From positions 26 to 64,025 of the forward strand of contig LVAK01000027.1 in assembly GCA_001604035.1 (NCBI GenBank): DNA of 64,000 nucleotides. The letters are read 5' to 3'. This DNA comes from Clostridiales bacterium Firm_05. GTDB taxonomy: Bacteria > Bacillota > Clostridia > Oscillospirales > Ruminococcaceae. Both the position numbers and the translations under genes were made by a program. This document shows, one piece after another, positions 50,269-61,458 of this stretch. How positions within the stretch are numbered: the stretch's first letter is position 1; the number at the start of each line of letters is the position of its first letter. Under the pieces are notes generated by a model. The model did not search any database, was not told the DNA's origin, and saw only the letters and a list, made by a program, of their open reading frames with translations.

Positions 50269-51666
50269 ATGAAAAAAGTGCAGTTGACAGAAACCGTTTT
50301 GCGTGACGCCAATCAGTCACTGATGGCAACACGTCTGCCTTATGCCGACTATGAGGGTATCCTCGCAGATATGGATAAGGCCGGATACTATTCGATCGAG
50401 TGCTGGGGAGGAGCAACATTCGATTCATGTCTCCGTTATCTTAACGAAGATCCATGGGAGAGACTCCGCAACCTCAGAAAGAATCTTCCTAACACAAGAC
50501 TCCAGATGCTCCTGAGAGGACAGAATCTTCTCGGCTATAAGCATTATCACGACGATGTTGTAGAGAAGTTCATCCAGCTCTCTATAAAGAACGGAATCGA
50601 TGTTATCCGTATCTTTGACGCTCTCAATGATTTCAGAAACATCGGAACAGCTCTTGAGGCTACAAAGAAGTATGCTACAGAGAAGACAGTTGCTTCCGGA
50701 TGTATCTCATATACACAGAGCCCTGTACATACAGTTGACAAGTATATCGAGATGTGTAAGGAGCTCAAGACAATGGGCTTCGATACTATCTGCCTGAAGG
50801 ATATGGCAGGTACTATGTCTCCATACGAGGCAGAGCACCTCATCAAGGGTATCAAGGATGCTATCGGTGACATGACACTCATCCTCCATACACACTGCAC
50901 AACAGGTATGGCATATATGACACTGACAAAGGCTATCGAGTCAGGCATCGACGTTATCGACACAGCTACATCATGCTTCTCAGGCGGTACATCACAGCCT
51001 GCTACAGAGACAATGTTCTATGCTCTCCAGCAGTACGGCATTGAGTCCGGCCTGAACGAAGACATTATAAATAAGGTAAACGATTACTTCAAGCCTATCA
51101 AGCAGAAGTACATCGACAACGGCCAGCTCAACCCCAAGAGCCTTGCAACAGATGCTCAGGCACTGGTATACAAGGTTCCCGGCGGTATGCTCTCCAACAT
51201 GATCGCAAACCTTACAGATATGCACGCAATGGATAAGTTCGATGCAGCCCTTGCCGAGATCCCGAAGGTAAGAGCTGATATGGGATATCCTCCGCTGGTA
51301 ACTCCTCTTTCACAGATGGTTGGAAACCAGGCTGTAACAAACGTACTTGTCGGCGAGAGATATAAGAACATCTCCAAGGAGATAAAGAACTACATCAAGG
51401 GCGAGTACGGTAATCCGCCTGCACCTATCGCACAGGAACTCGTAGACAAAGTGCTTGGCGACAGCCAGCCTGTTGACTGCCGTGACGAGGATCAGAAGCG
51501 TACAGGTGAGGAGTTCACTGCTGCAAAGGATGCGCTTGGCGATCTCTGCCGCAGCGAAGAGGATGTAATGAGCTACATCTGCTATCCTGACCAGACAATG
51601 ACTTTCCTTAAGAACCGCAAGGCTCAGGAGGAAAACGAAGCTGTATACACCATTGAGGAAATGTAA
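50269..51666 (+). CDS. oadA: Na+-translocating decarboxylase alpha subunit (carboxyltransferase, oxaloacetate decarboxylase-like)
   Basis: TVLRDANQSLMATR, ECWGGATFD, LKDMAG, HTHCTTG, YPPLVTP.SQMVG; RBS GAGGAGG. Confidence 0.85.
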   Translation: MKKVQLTETVLRDANQSLMATRLPYADYEGILADMDKAGYYSIECWGGATFDSCLRYLNEDPWERLRNLRKNLPNTRLQMLLRGQNLLGYKHYHDDVVEKFIQLSIKNGIDVIRIFDALNDFRNIGTALEATKKYATEKTVASGCISYTQSPVHTVDKYIEMCKELKTMGFDTICLKDMAGTMSPYEAEHLIKGIKDAIGDMTLILHTHCTTGMAYMTLTKAIESGIDVIDTATSCFSGGTSQPATETMFYALQQYGIESGLNEDIINKVNDYFKPIKQKYIDNGQLNPKSLATDAQALVYKVPGGMLSNMIANLTDMHAMDKFDAALAEIPKVRADMGYPPLVTPLSQMVGNQAVTNVLVGERYKNISKEIKNYIKGEYGNPPAPIAQELVDKVLGDSQPVDCRDEDQKRTGEEFTAAKDALGDLCRSEEDVMSYICYPDQTMTFLKNRKAQEENEAVYTIEEM

Positions 51667-51678
51667 GGAGGCTTCGTT

Positions 51679-52095
51679 ATGTTTGATAAATTGACACTTG
51701 CGGTCGAGGAGATCACAGAGGTCACTTCCGAAGCTGCTTCAAAGGGCGATGAGCTCTCTATACCTGAGGCAGGTGTTACTGCTGTTTTCGGTTATGCAGT
51801 TGTATTCTTCGGACTTGTTATTCTTATGATCGTGCTCTACTGTACAGGAGCTTATTTCAAGTCGAGAGATGCGAAGGCAAAGGCTGCTGAAGAAGCTGCA
51901 AAGAAGGCAGCTCCTGCTGCACCTGCCGCTGCTGCACCTGCTGCTGATCAGAAGCTCGCACCCGGTTCAGCAGGTCATGTAAAGCTCTTCGACGTTCCGG
52001 ATAAGGAAGCTGCAATGATAATGGCAATAGTTGCCGATAAGATGCAGACTCCTCTTAACGAACTCCACTTTATTTCTATCAAGGAGGTCAAATGA
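51679..52095 (+). CDS. Na+-translocating decarboxylase gamma/delta subunit (OadG-like)
   Basis: Single TM VVFFGLVILMIV, Ala/Pro linker, AAMIMAIVA. Confidence 0.8.
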   Translation: MFDKLTLAVEEITEVTSEAASKGDELSIPEAGVTAVFGYAVVFFGLVILMIVLYCTGAYFKSRDAKAKAAEEAAKKAAPAAPAAAAPAADQKLAPGSAGHVKLFDVPDKEAAMIMAIVADKMQTPLNELHFISIKEVK

Positions 52096-52493
52096 CCATG
52101 AAGTACAAAGTTACACTTAACGGTAAGACATATGAAGTCGAGGTAGAAAAGGGCAAGGCAGTTCTCCTTGACGAATACGAGGCACTTGCTCCTGCACCGG
52201 CTGCTGCTCCTGCCGCTGCTGCACCCGCTGCTGCTGCTGCTGCTGCACCTGCACCGGCTGCTCCGGTAAATCTTGCAGCAGGCGAGACTATAGAGGCTCC
52301 TATGCCCGGCAATATCATCAGAGTTGATGTCAAGCAGGGCGATACAGTCAAGGCTGGTCAGATACTTGTTATTCTCGAAGCCATGAAGATGGAAAATGAG
52401 ATCGTTGCACCGAAGGACGGCACTGTCGCTCAGGTAGTAACAAGCAAGGGAGCTGTAGTAGATACAGGTTCTCCGCTGGTTGTTATAGCATAA
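52092..52493 (+). CDS. Biotin carboxyl carrier subunit
   Basis: Ala/Pro linker, APMPGNI, LEAMKMENE. Confidence 0.93.
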   Translation: MTMKYKVTLNGKTYEVEVEKGKAVLLDEYEALAPAPAAAPAAAAPAAAAAAAPAPAAPVNLAAGETIEAPMPGNIIRVDVKQGDTVKAGQILVILEAMKMENEIVAPKDGTVAQVVTSKGAVVDTGSPLVVIA

Positions 52494-52506
52494 GGAGGGC
52501 GACATA

Positions 52507-53727
52507 ATGGATATTCTTGAAACCCTTGAGACCCTGTGGAATGGTTCCGGCTTCAAGAGCCTCTTCACAGGCGAAGGTTGGAAGAACCTCATAATGATAT
52601 TTGTATCATGCGTTCTTCTCTATCTCGGAATCAAAAAGAAGTTTGAACCGCTTCTTCTGGTAGGTATCGCATTCGGATGCCTGCTGGTAAACCTTTCCTA
52701 CTTCGTAGGCGGTGATACAGCTGATGCACTTTATCATCTGGATCTCTGGGATAACTTCCTTGATCCGAATCATCCCGACTACCATAGTTACGGTGCGATA
52801 ATGGCTCACGGCGGACTGCTCGACATCCTTTACATAGGAGTTAAGGCCGGCGTTTATCCGTCACTTATCTTTATGGGCGTCGGAGCTATGACAGACTTTG
52901 GTCCGCTTATAGCCAACCCGAAGAGCCTTCTCCTCGGAGCTGCTGCACAGATGGGCGTATTCCTCGCATTCTTCGGCGCTATCTGCCTTGGATTCACAGG
53001 ACAGGAAGCTGCTTCCATCGGTATCATCGGCGGTGCAGACGGCCCTACAGCTATCTTCCTTACAACAAAGCTGGCTCCTCATCTCCTTGGAGCTATCGCT
53101 ATCGCAGCTTACTCCTATATGGCTCTTATCCCTATGATACAGCCTCCGATAATGAAGCTCCTCACAACCGAGAAGGAGCGTCAGATCAAGATGGAGCAGG
53201 CTCGTACAGTATCAAAGACAGAGAAGATCATCTTCCCGATCATTGTTGCAATGTTCGTTATCCTTCTCCTTCCTTCAACAGCTCCTCTTATCGGATGCCT
53301 TATGCTTGGCAACCTCTGGAGAGAGTGCGGAGTTACAGAGAGACTTTCCGACACAGTTCAGAATGCTCTTATGAATATCGTAACAGTATTCCTCGGAATC
53401 TCTGTTGGAGCTACAACAGCAGCAAGCCGCTTCCTTTCACCTGAGACAATAAAGATCATCGTGCTCGGACTTACTGCGTTCTGCTTCTCAACTGTAGGCG
53501 GACTTCTTGTAGGTAAGATCATGTGCAAGCTTTCAGGCGGAAAGATCAATCCTCTCATAGGTTCAGCCGGAGTTTCCGCAGTACCTATGGCAGCCCGTGT
53601 ATCACAGATGGAAGGTCAGAAGGCCAACCCGAAGAACTTCCTGCTCATGCATGCTATGGGCCCGAATGTTGCCGGAGTTATCGGTTCAGCAATCGCTGCC
53701 GGATTCCTCCTTGCAGTATTCAAGTGA
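52507..53727 (+). CDS. oadB: Na+-translocating decarboxylase beta subunit
   Basis: EPLLLVGIAFG, GAMTDFGPL, IIGGADGPT, AGVSAVPMAAR, HAMGPNVAGVIGSA. Confidence 0.92.
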   Translation: MDILETLETLWNGSGFKSLFTGEGWKNLIMIFVSCVLLYLGIKKKFEPLLLVGIAFGCLLVNLSYFVGGDTADALYHLDLWDNFLDPNHPDYHSYGAIMAHGGLLDILYIGVKAGVYPSLIFMGVGAMTDFGPLIANPKSLLLGAAAQMGVFLAFFGAICLGFTGQEAASIGIIGGADGPTAIFLTTKLAPHLLGAIAIAAYSYMALIPMIQPPIMKLLTTEKERQIKMEQARTVSKTEKIIFPIIVAMFVILLLPSTAPLIGCLMLGNLWRECGVTERLSDTVQNALMNIVTVFLGISVGATTAASRFLSPETIKIIVLGLTAFCFSTVGGLLVGKIMCKLSGGKINPLIGSAGVSAVPMAARVSQMEGQKANPKNFLLMHAMGPNVAGVIGSAIAAGFLLAVFK

Positions 53728-53932
53728 TAAAGTAAAAATGACGCCCGGATAGAGATATCCGGGCGATTTTTATTACATAAAGTCATATTACAGTGCATTT
53801 GCTCAATCTGTAAAAAAATACAGTTGAACTTTGTGCAATACGTAGAAAATCAGTATTGTAAATTAATCTGTTGACTTTTGTAAATTCATGTATTATAATA
53901 TCAATATAGAGATATATAAACAGAGGTGTAGA

Positions 53933-55009
53933 ATGAATAAGAGAGGAAAAGGCAAAACTGAACCTCGATATTTAAGGATCGGCGCAGTTGTTTTCCTTTT
54001 GATTCTTATATTTTTCGGGATAGTTTTATCTTCTTCGTCATGTCGTGCGGTTACGGCTGATAATGCAGATGAACAGACGGATGCACGGACAAGTGCAGCG
54101 GCAGTGTCAGATGCGGAAGAAAGCGAACCTATTTCCGGGGAATACTCTGATCATGCAGGAGAAACAGCAGCGTCTATTGTTGTTTATCCGAGAAAGACCA
54201 ACAAAACAAAAGAACTAAGCAAGGACTATGACGCAAAAACAGCTGTCCTGATCTGTACAGATAATAATGAGATAATAGCAGACAGGAACAGCACAAAGAA
54301 AATTTATCCGGCATCACTTACCAAAGTCATGACGCTGGTCGTCGCTGTTGAGAATATCAGCGATCTGTCAGAGAAAGTGACCATAACGTACGAAATGGTG
54401 GAACCAATGATAGAGCTTGACGCTTCAAGGGCAGGCTTCATCCCCGGCGAGACTCCCACACTCGAGGATGCTCTCTACGGTATGATACTTATGTCCGGAG
54501 CCGATGCTTCATTAGCGGTAGCGGATCATGTAGCGGGATCTGAGGAAGCATTTGTGAGGCTTATGAACGATAAAGCCAAGGAAATGGGACTGAAGGATAC
54601 ACACTTTACCAATACGGTAGGGCTCCATGACGAGGAGCACTATAGCACGGCTGCGGATATGGCAGTTATTCTGGAATACGCTGTCCGGAATGATACCTGC
54701 AGAAAGGTGCTCTCAGCGTATGAGTATAAAGTTGCTCCCACTGAACAGAATCCGGACGGCTTGACGTTTGAAAGCACGATATTCAGCAGGATGTATGGTG
54801 ATGAAATGCCCGGAGTAGTCGTAAAAGGCGGCAAAACAGGATATACTGACGAAGCCGGAAATTGCATAGAGAGCTTCGCAGTTATCGAAGGAAAGACATA
54901 CATACTCGTTTTATGCGGGGGTACAACAAACTGGAACAACATTTATAATACGCTGAGTGCATACAGCGAATACTGTGCAGGAGGAAAGCCATATGAGCCT
55001 CCGGCGTGA
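53933..55009 (+). CDS. D-alanyl-D-alanine carboxypeptidase (peptidase S11)
   Basis: YPASLTK (SxxK), LMSGADA, GGKTG; N-terminal TM. Confidence 0.88.
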   Translation: MNKRGKGKTEPRYLRIGAVVFLLILIFFGIVLSSSSCRAVTADNADEQTDARTSAAAVSDAEESEPISGEYSDHAGETAASIVVYPRKTNKTKELSKDYDAKTAVLICTDNNEIIADRNSTKKIYPASLTKVMTLVVAVENISDLSEKVTITYEMVEPMIELDASRAGFIPGETPTLEDALYGMILMSGADASLAVADHVAGSEEAFVRLMNDKAKEMGLKDTHFTNTVGLHDEEHYSTAADMAVILEYAVRNDTCRKVLSAYEYKVAPTEQNPDGLTFESTIFSRMYGDEMPGVVVKGGKTGYTDEAGNCIESFAVIEGKTYILVLCGGTTNWNNIYNTLSAYSEYCAGGKPYEPPA

Positions 55010-55100
55010 AGCATAACTATAAAGGCTGGGCCTTGACAAAAAAGAGAAAATACCGGCACGACCGGAAAAAGTGAAGAACAAAAAATCGGAGGATATAAAA

Positions 55101-56069
55101 ATGGCGAAAATGCGCTTCAGATGGGGGCGTTTCTTTCTTGCGCTTGTTGGCGTATCAGGATCGATATTACTGATCGACAATATGCGGAGAGATATGACCG
55201 AATCTAATACAAGCAGCATCGTAGTGAGCGGAGATTTTGCTAATGGCAGCGGTGAAAAGAAGTCTGAGAAACACACTGACGGAACCGTGAATCTCAGTAA
55301 CGGAACACAGACTGTCACAAAATTTGAAGGAGTTCAGAATCTTGGGTTTTCAGAGCTCAGTATTCCCGGTTCAAAACTTTCTTCAGGATTGCTTACTATC
55401 ATAAACAACGAACATCCGGCAGATAAAACTGCTTCTGGCAAGAAAGTTGATCTGCTTAAATATAAAAATGAGTACTATACCCTTGTGAGCGAATCCGTAA
55501 AGCTCAACGAGGACGCAGCAGAGGCCTTTAACAGAATGATGGCTGATTATCATGAAGAGACTGGCCTTGATGATTTTATAGTGTATGGAACGAATGATAC
55601 ATACACAGGGGACGGTTCATACTGTCCTGAGTATTTTCCTGAATCAGCAACAGGGAATACTGTCGACCTTGCAGTTTCCTCATACGGAGGTATCATAGCT
55701 TATGACGGCTGCGATGCTGAGGGCTGGGTCATAGAAAACTGCGATAAGTACGGATTTATTGTGAGATATCCTGAGGGAAAGGCTGCAAAGACTGGACATG
55801 ATTACTGCCCGTGGCATCTTCGCTATGTTGGCGAAGTGAATGCTGCTATCATGGGGGCAAAGGATCTCTGCCTTGAGGAGTATATCGATTTCCTTAAGGA
55901 CTACAGCTTTGACAAGGCGTTCTCTTATACTTATGACGGTGTTAATTACGAAATCTATACTTCGGAAGCAAAGGACGATGCAACTACAGCACGTGTGCCT
56001 GTCTCCGGAAAGTATACTATATCCGGAGATAACATCGGAACATATATAATAACAACAGTGAAGAACTGA
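55101..56069 (+). CDS. VanY-like (M15B) D,D-carboxypeptidase family protein
   Basis: TGNTVDL, KYGFIVRYP, PWHLRYVG; zinc ligands look partly degenerate. Confidence 0.75.
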   Translation: MAKMRFRWGRFFLALVGVSGSILLIDNMRRDMTESNTSSIVVSGDFANGSGEKKSEKHTDGTVNLSNGTQTVTKFEGVQNLGFSELSIPGSKLSSGLLTIINNEHPADKTASGKKVDLLKYKNEYYTLVSESVKLNEDAAEAFNRMMADYHEETGLDDFIVYGTNDTYTGDGSYCPEYFPESATGNTVDLAVSSYGGIIAYDGCDAEGWVIENCDKYGFIVRYPEGKAAKTGHDYCPWHLRYVGEVNAAIMGAKDLCLEEYIDFLKDYSFDKAFSYTYDGVNYEIYTSEAKDDATTARVPVSGKYTISGDNIGTYIITTVKN

Positions 56070-56162
56070 ACGAGTGTTAAATGATCTCAGGCAGCCTGCG
56101 GGCTGCCTTCTTTTATGTCTAAAGATCAGCGCATGGACATATAGTTCTATGAGGTGATCTGT

Positions 56163-57293
56163 ATGAAAAGACTGATTATTTTTGCTGCCGCATTACTTAT
56201 GTGCGGAGTATTTATCTCTGCTGGCGATAAAGAGGAAGAAATTGTTTTTTTGGGGACGTATGTCCTTATTGAACCGAAAACCGGGACGATACTTGACGAG
56301 AAGGACTGTCATGAGCGCTGCAATGCAGGGTATCTCAGCAAGCTCATGACACTGCTGATTATTGCGGAGGACATAGACAGCGGCAGGCTGTCTCTTACAG
56401 AGGAGCTTACTGCTTCGGAAAACGTATCCGGTACTAAGGGTGCTGTAGTATGGCTCAGTCCCGGGGATAAAATGACGGTTGAAGAGCTGATAAAGAGTGC
56501 TGCTGTAGGAAATGCCAATGACGCAGTTACTGTGCTTGCTGAACATTCTGCCGGCACTATCGATGAGTTCACAGCGAGGATGAATGCAAGGGCATTTGAT
56601 CTGGGGCTGCGTGACACAGCCTTTTTCTCTCCGTATGGATACTATGACGAGAGGGAATATACCACAGCATTTGATATGGCAGTGATAAGTGCGGAGCTTC
56701 TGAAGCATGAAGCTATCCTTCCATATTTTTCCATATGGCGTGATTATGTGAAGGCAGGGCAGACTGAACTTGTGAACGAGAACACACTTTCCAGGACATA
56801 TGACCGACACTGCGGCTTCAAGGCCTGCCATTCTGATGAAGCCGGGTACTGTATATCGGAATGCGGCAAAAATGAGAAAGGCGAGGAATATATTGCTGTT
56901 GTTCTTGGGGCACCGGATGAGGATACATCCTTCGGCACGGCGAAAAAGCTTATCCGCAGCGGCTTTGTCGGCTACAGGATGACTGCCTCGGTGTTTCCTG
57001 AGGATGCACTTCGGCCGGTCAGTGTCAGGAACGGTGAGGAGGCTGCGGCCGAACTCGGATTCGCTGAGGGCACTGATCTTGTGGTGCCAAAAGGGGAGAA
57101 TAAGCTGCGTATAGTGACGGTCCTGCCGGCATATCTTGAAGCTCCGCTGAGAGCTGGGCAGACAGTTGGAAAAGCAGCTTTTTTCAACGGTAAAGAACTG
57201 ATTTTTGAGACAGATGTAATTGTAAAAAATGATGTTAATAAACTTACGTTCAGGTTTATTTTGAGAAAAATCATGTATAAAACTATCAATTAG
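56163..57293 (+). CDS. D-alanyl-D-alanine carboxypeptidase (S11, DacF-like, divergent)
   Basis: GYLSKLMT, AVGNANDA, HCGFKAC, C-terminal PBP5-like domain. Confidence 0.75.
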   Translation: MKRLIIFAAALLMCGVFISAGDKEEEIVFLGTYVLIEPKTGTILDEKDCHERCNAGYLSKLMTLLIIAEDIDSGRLSLTEELTASENVSGTKGAVVWLSPGDKMTVEELIKSAAVGNANDAVTVLAEHSAGTIDEFTARMNARAFDLGLRDTAFFSPYGYYDEREYTTAFDMAVISAELLKHEAILPYFSIWRDYVKAGQTELVNENTLSRTYDRHCGFKACHSDEAGYCISECGKNEKGEEYIAVVLGAPDEDTSFGTAKKLIRSGFVGYRMTASVFPEDALRPVSVRNGEEAAAELGFAEGTDLVVPKGENKLRIVTVLPAYLEAPLRAGQTVGKAAFFNGKELIFETDVIVKNDVNKLTFRFILRKIMYKTIN

Positions 57294-57434
57294 ATGTGTT
57301 GAAGGTTGGTACAACTGCACAAATGTGGAAATATTATCGCAAAGGTACTTGAAAAATTTCTTAAAATATAGTATCATAAAGATGGTAAATTATATTTGTA
57401 CGGGTGATTCTGTACATATTGGAGGTATATTCAA

Positions 57435-58769
57435 ATGTCTTTAAAACTTAACACCAAATACCTGAAGGACTTTATCAATGCTGATGAGATGTCCGGTATC
57501 AAGGCTCAGGTCGAGGCAGCAGCAGCTTCTCTTCAGAGCAAGACCGGTCTCGGCAACGATTTCCTCGGATGGGTAGAGCTTCCTACAAACTATGACAAGG
57601 AAGAATTTGCAAGGATCAAGGCAGCAGCCGAGAAAATCAAGAAGAATTCCGATATCCTTATCGTTATTGGTATAGGCGGTTCTTATCTTGGTGCAAGAGC
57701 AGCTATCGAGCTCCTCAAATCGCCCCTTTACAATAATATAAAGAAGGACACACCTGATATATATTATGTAGGCAACAGCATCAATCCTGCATATCTCAAC
57801 GAGATCATTGCTCTTTGTGAGGGCAAGGATTTCTCAGTAAACGTTATTTCCAAGTCCGGTACAACTACCGAGCCTGCACTTGCTTTCCGTATCTTCAAGA
57901 AGATGGTTGAGGATAAGTACGGCAAGGAAGGCGCTAAGGACAGGATCTTCGCTACAACAGACAAGGCAAGAGGAACTCTCAAGAGCCTCTCAGATACAGA
58001 GGGCTACGAGACATTCGTTATCCCGGATGACGTAGGAGGACGTTTCTCAGTTCTTACAGCAGTTGGTCTTCTTCCTATCGCTGTTGCAGGCTGTGACATC
58101 GATGCTCTCATGAAGGGCGCTGCTAAGGCACAGGCTGATTTCTGCGCTGATTTTGACAACAACGACTGCTACAAGTACGCAGCTCTCAGAAACATCCTTT
58201 ACAGAAAGGGCAAGTCTGTAGAGATGCTCGTATCCTACGATCCAAGCTTTGTAATGATGTCTGAGTGGTACAAGCAGCTCTTCGGCGAGAGCGAGGGCAA
58301 GGATAACAAGGGCATATTCCCGTCAGCGGCTGTATTCTCAACAGATCTTCACTCCATGGGCCAGTACATCCAGGACGGTGCAAGAATACTCTTCGAGACA
58401 GTTGTAGATATCAAGAAGCCTAAGACAGATCTCTTCCTTGAGCCTGATGCTGAGAACCTTGACGGTCTCAACTTCCTCACAAACCAGAATATGTCTGTGG
58501 TTAACAGAAAGGCTTTCGAGGGAACAGTTCTCGCTCATACAGAGGGCGGCGTTCCTAACATCATCCTTGAGCTCGACGACACAACTGAGGAGAGCGTAGG
58601 ATACATGATCTACTTCTTTGAGAAGGCTTGCGCTATTTCAGGCTATGTTCTCGGAGTTAACCCCTTCAACCAGCCCGGTGTTGAGAGCTACAAGTCAAAT
58701 ATGTTTGCACTCCTCGGTAAGCCTGGTTATGAGGGCGCAAAGGCAGCTCTTGAAGCTAAGCTCGGTTAA
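57435..58769 (+). CDS. pgi: Glucose-6-phosphate isomerase
   Basis: [49 protein letters not shown]. Confidence 0.97.
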   Translation: MSLKLNTKYLKDFINADEMSGIKAQVEAAAASLQSKTGLGNDFLGWVELPTNYDKEEFARIKAAAEKIKKNSDILIVIGIGGSYLGARAAIELLKSPLYNNIKKDTPDIYYVGNSINPAYLNEIIALCEGKDFSVNVISKSGTTTEPALAFRIFKKMVEDKYGKEGAKDRIFATTDKARGTLKSLSDTEGYETFVIPDDVGGRFSVLTAVGLLPIAVAGCDIDALMKGAAKAQADFCADFDNNDCYKYAALRNILYRKGKSVEMLVSYDPSFVMMSEWYKQLFGESEGKDNKGIFPSAAVFSTDLHSMGQYIQDGARILFETVVDIKKPKTDLFLEPDAENLDGLNFLTNQNMSVVNRKAFEGTVLAHTEGGVPNIILELDDTTEESVGYMIYFFEKACAISGYVLGVNPFNQPGVESYKSNMFALLGKPGYEGAKAALEAKLG

Positions 58770-58837
58770 TCCCCGGCTTGCACTATAAATTTAAAAAAAT
58801 ACGTCATAAATGCCCCATGGCATGGAAGGAGTAAATT

Positions 58838-59248
58838 ATGATTAAACTTATTACAGGTAAAAAAGGCACAGGCAAGACCAAGATACTCATCGATCAGATC
58901 AATGACGCTATCAAGTCTTCAAACGGAGATCTCGTTTGCATCGAAAAGGGCGCAAATGTAAGACGTTCTATCAGCTTCAAGGTAAGATGGTGTGACGTTG
59001 ATGAGTTCGCTATCGAGGGATTTGACGCTTTCTACGGATATATCGCAGGTATGATCGCAGGCAACTACGACATCCAGTCTATCTACGTTGACGGTATCTT
59101 CAAGATCGGCGGCCGTGACTATGAGGCTTTCGGCAAGCTTCTTGAAAAGCTCGACACACTCACAAACAAGAACGATATCACAGTTGTATTCACAGTTTCT
59201 GCTGATGAGTCCGAGCTTCCTGAGGTCGTAAAGCAGTTCCTCAAGTGA
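58838..59248 (+). CDS. Conserved hypothetical P-loop protein
   Basis: GKKGTGKT near the N-terminus; RBS AAGGAG. Confidence 0.75.
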   Translation: MIKLITGKKGTGKTKILIDQINDAIKSSNGDLVCIEKGANVRRSISFKVRWCDVDEFAIEGFDAFYGYIAGMIAGNYDIQSIYVDGIFKIGGRDYEAFGKLLEKLDTLTNKNDITVVFTVSADESELPEVVKQFLK

Positions 59249-59284
59249 TCTGAGATAAAAAATAAGCTTTTTTGCACCTGACTA

Positions 59285-59313
59285 TTGACATATCAAGCTA
59301 TTTGGTGTATAAT
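59285..59313 (+). promoter_or_regulatory. SigA-type promoter of the yceD-rpmF operon
   Basis: TTGACA-17bp-TATAAT. Confidence 0.8.
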
Positions 59314-59344
59314 ATATTTTATGGTGCTCTGAAGGATTTGTAAT

Positions 59345-59791
59345 ATGAAGATCAATTTAAAACAGCTTTTCAGTATCGTCGGAGAATCAAAAACGATAAA
59401 CTGTGAGATAGGTACAGAGGAGCTTTCTGATATAAGAGGGTATACCTTTTCTACTCCGGTAAAGGTGGATGGCCGTGTCTATAACAGGGCAGGAGTTGTC
59501 TATCTTGAGTATTCTGTTGATTTTACCCTTAATATCATCTGCGACAGATGTCTTAAGGAACTCGACAGAGAGTATCACTTTGATTTCGACCATATTGTTG
59601 TTCCTTCCATCAGCGGCGATAACGATGATTATATCGTGGCTGAGGGTGAGAGCATTGAACTGAATGAAATCGCATTGACCGACCTGCTGCTGCAGCTTCC
59701 CACAAAGAATCTCTGTAAGGACGATTGCAAGGGACTGTGTATGGTATGCGGCTGTGACCTTAACGAAGGTCAGTGCGATCATCTAAATTAA
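59345..59791 (+). CDS. DUF177/YceD family protein
   Basis: CDRCL, LCKDDCKGLCMVCG.DLN; upstream of rpmF. Confidence 0.9.
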   Translation: MKINLKQLFSIVGESKTINCEIGTEELSDIRGYTFSTPVKVDGRVYNRAGVVYLEYSVDFTLNIICDRCLKELDREYHFDFDHIVVPSISGDNDDYIVAEGESIELNEIALTDLLLQLPTKNLCKDDCKGLCMVCGCDLNEGQCDHLN

Positions 59792-59825
59792 TCTGAGCTG
59801 TGAAGCTCTGTAAGGAGGTGCCAGA

Positions 59826-60011
59826 ATGGCTGTACCGAAGAGAAAAACTTCCAAGGCAAGACGTGATAAGAGACGTAGTGCTGTATGGAAGCTCGAAGCA
59901 CCCGCTATGTCCAAGTGTGACAACTGCGGCGCATTTAAGGCTCCGCACAAGGTCTGCAAGAACTGCGGTTTCTATAAGGGCGTTGAGGTCCTTAAGATGG
60001 ACGCTGAATAA
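59826..60011 (+). CDS. rpmF: 50S ribosomal protein L32
   Basis: [17 protein letters not shown]...CDNCG..K.PH.VC.NCGFY. Confidence 0.97.
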   Translation: MAVPKRKTSKARRDKRRSAVWKLEAPAMSKCDNCGAFKAPHKVCKNCGFYKGVEVLKMDAE

Positions 60012-60094
60012 TCGGCTGAACACGAAGTATGAGAAGGAGAGGAGGAGAGATCCTTCTCTCCTTTTTAACTGTCAGACAGCTTGGAGTATTTTTT

Positions 60095-61396
60095 ATGGTA
60101 AAGATCAACAGCGTTGTTCCCGGTTCACCGTCAGATAAAGCCGGGATACGCAGTGAAGATATACTGGTCAGTATAAACGGCCATGGCGTCAAGGACGTCC
60201 TTGACTATATGTACTATGCGGCGGAGACAGATGTTACACTGCTTCTTGTAAGACACGGAGAAGAGATGTCTGTCAGCGTCAGCAAGGACGAGTATGATGA
60301 CCTTGGCCTTGAATTCGAGACCTTTCTTATGGACAGCAAGCAGTCATGCAGCAATAAGTGTGTATTCTGCTTTATCGACCAGATGCCTCCGGGCATGAGA
60401 GAGACGCTTTATTTCAAGGACGATGACGCAAGACTGTCTTTTTTGCAGGGAAACTACGTTACCCTTACAAATATGAGTCAGGCTGATATCGACCGTATTA
60501 TAAAGATGAAGCTCAACATAAACGTATCTGTGCATACCACAAACCCGGAGCTCAGGGTAAAGATGATGCACAATCGTTTTGCCGGAGAGAAACTGAAATA
60601 TATCTGGCAGATGGCTCAGAGCGGCATAAAGCTGAATTGTCAGGTGGTATGCTGTCCCGGTCTGAATGACGGGGATGAACTTAGGCGTACTCTCAGTGAT
60701 CTTGGAAGCCTCATGCCCAATATTTCCAGCATGGCTGTTGTTCCTGTAGGAGTTACAAAATTCCGCCAGGGACTGTATCCGCTCACAGGATTTACCCCTG
60801 AGGGTGCCGGAGAGACAATAGATATCATCGAGAGCTATCAGCGTGAATTTCTTGAGAAGTTCGGCACAAGAACGGTATTTCCCTCAGATGAGTTCTATCT
60901 TATCGCCGGAAGACCTATACCTCCGGCAGAGGTATATGAGGACTATCCGCAGTACGAGAACGGCGTTGGTATGCTCCGCTCTCTTATGGACGAGTTCGAT
61001 CAGGCACTGGATATGGCTGAATGGGAAGGCGGAGACCGCCATGTGACTATTGCCACAGGCTATTCTCCCTATGGAGTTATATCCTCTCTTGCAAAGCTTG
61101 CAGAGGAGAAATTTCCTCAGCTCAGGTGCGATGTGTACCGCATACGCAATGACTTTTTCGGTGATACTATCACTGTCACCGGACTTATCACTGCACAGGA
61201 TCTCATCGCACAGCTTAAGGATAAAGAACTTGGTACAGAGCTTCTTCTCTCGACCGCAATGGTCAGAAGGGATTCTGATGTTTTCCTTGACGATATGACC
61301 ATAGGCGATGTGGAGAGTGCGCTTGGAGTGAAGATCGTGACTACAAACAGCGATGGATTTGAGCTGCTTGATGCAATGATGGGGATAACATACTGA
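60095..61396 (+). CDS. DUF512 / PDZ radical-SAM-like protein
   Basis: N-terminal PDZ-like segment, CSNKCVFCFIDQMP.GMRETLYFKDDD.RLSF, YENGVG. Confidence 0.88.
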   Translation: MVKINSVVPGSPSDKAGIRSEDILVSINGHGVKDVLDYMYYAAETDVTLLLVRHGEEMSVSVSKDEYDDLGLEFETFLMDSKQSCSNKCVFCFIDQMPPGMRETLYFKDDDARLSFLQGNYVTLTNMSQADIDRIIKMKLNINVSVHTTNPELRVKMMHNRFAGEKLKYIWQMAQSGIKLNCQVVCCPGLNDGDELRRTLSDLGSLMPNISSMAVVPVGVTKFRQGLYPLTGFTPEGAGETIDIIESYQREFLEKFGTRTVFPSDEFYLIAGRPIPPAEVYEDYPQYENGVGMLRSLMDEFDQALDMAEWEGGDRHVTIATGYSPYGVISSLAKLAEEKFPQLRCDVYRIRNDFFGDTITVTGLITAQDLIAQLKDKELGTELLLSTAMVRRDSDVFLDDMTIGDVESALGVKIVTTNSDGFELLDAMMGITY

Positions 61397-61458
61397 TATG
61401 GGGATATTTCCCCGTTTTACAAGACAATAAGCAAATACATGAAAGGAGATAGGGAACA

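Noticed and set aside
56193-57377. 394-aa antisense ORF
   Set aside because: Shadow of the carboxypeptidase gene with no recognisable motifs; the other short overlapping ORFs in the track were rejected for the same reason
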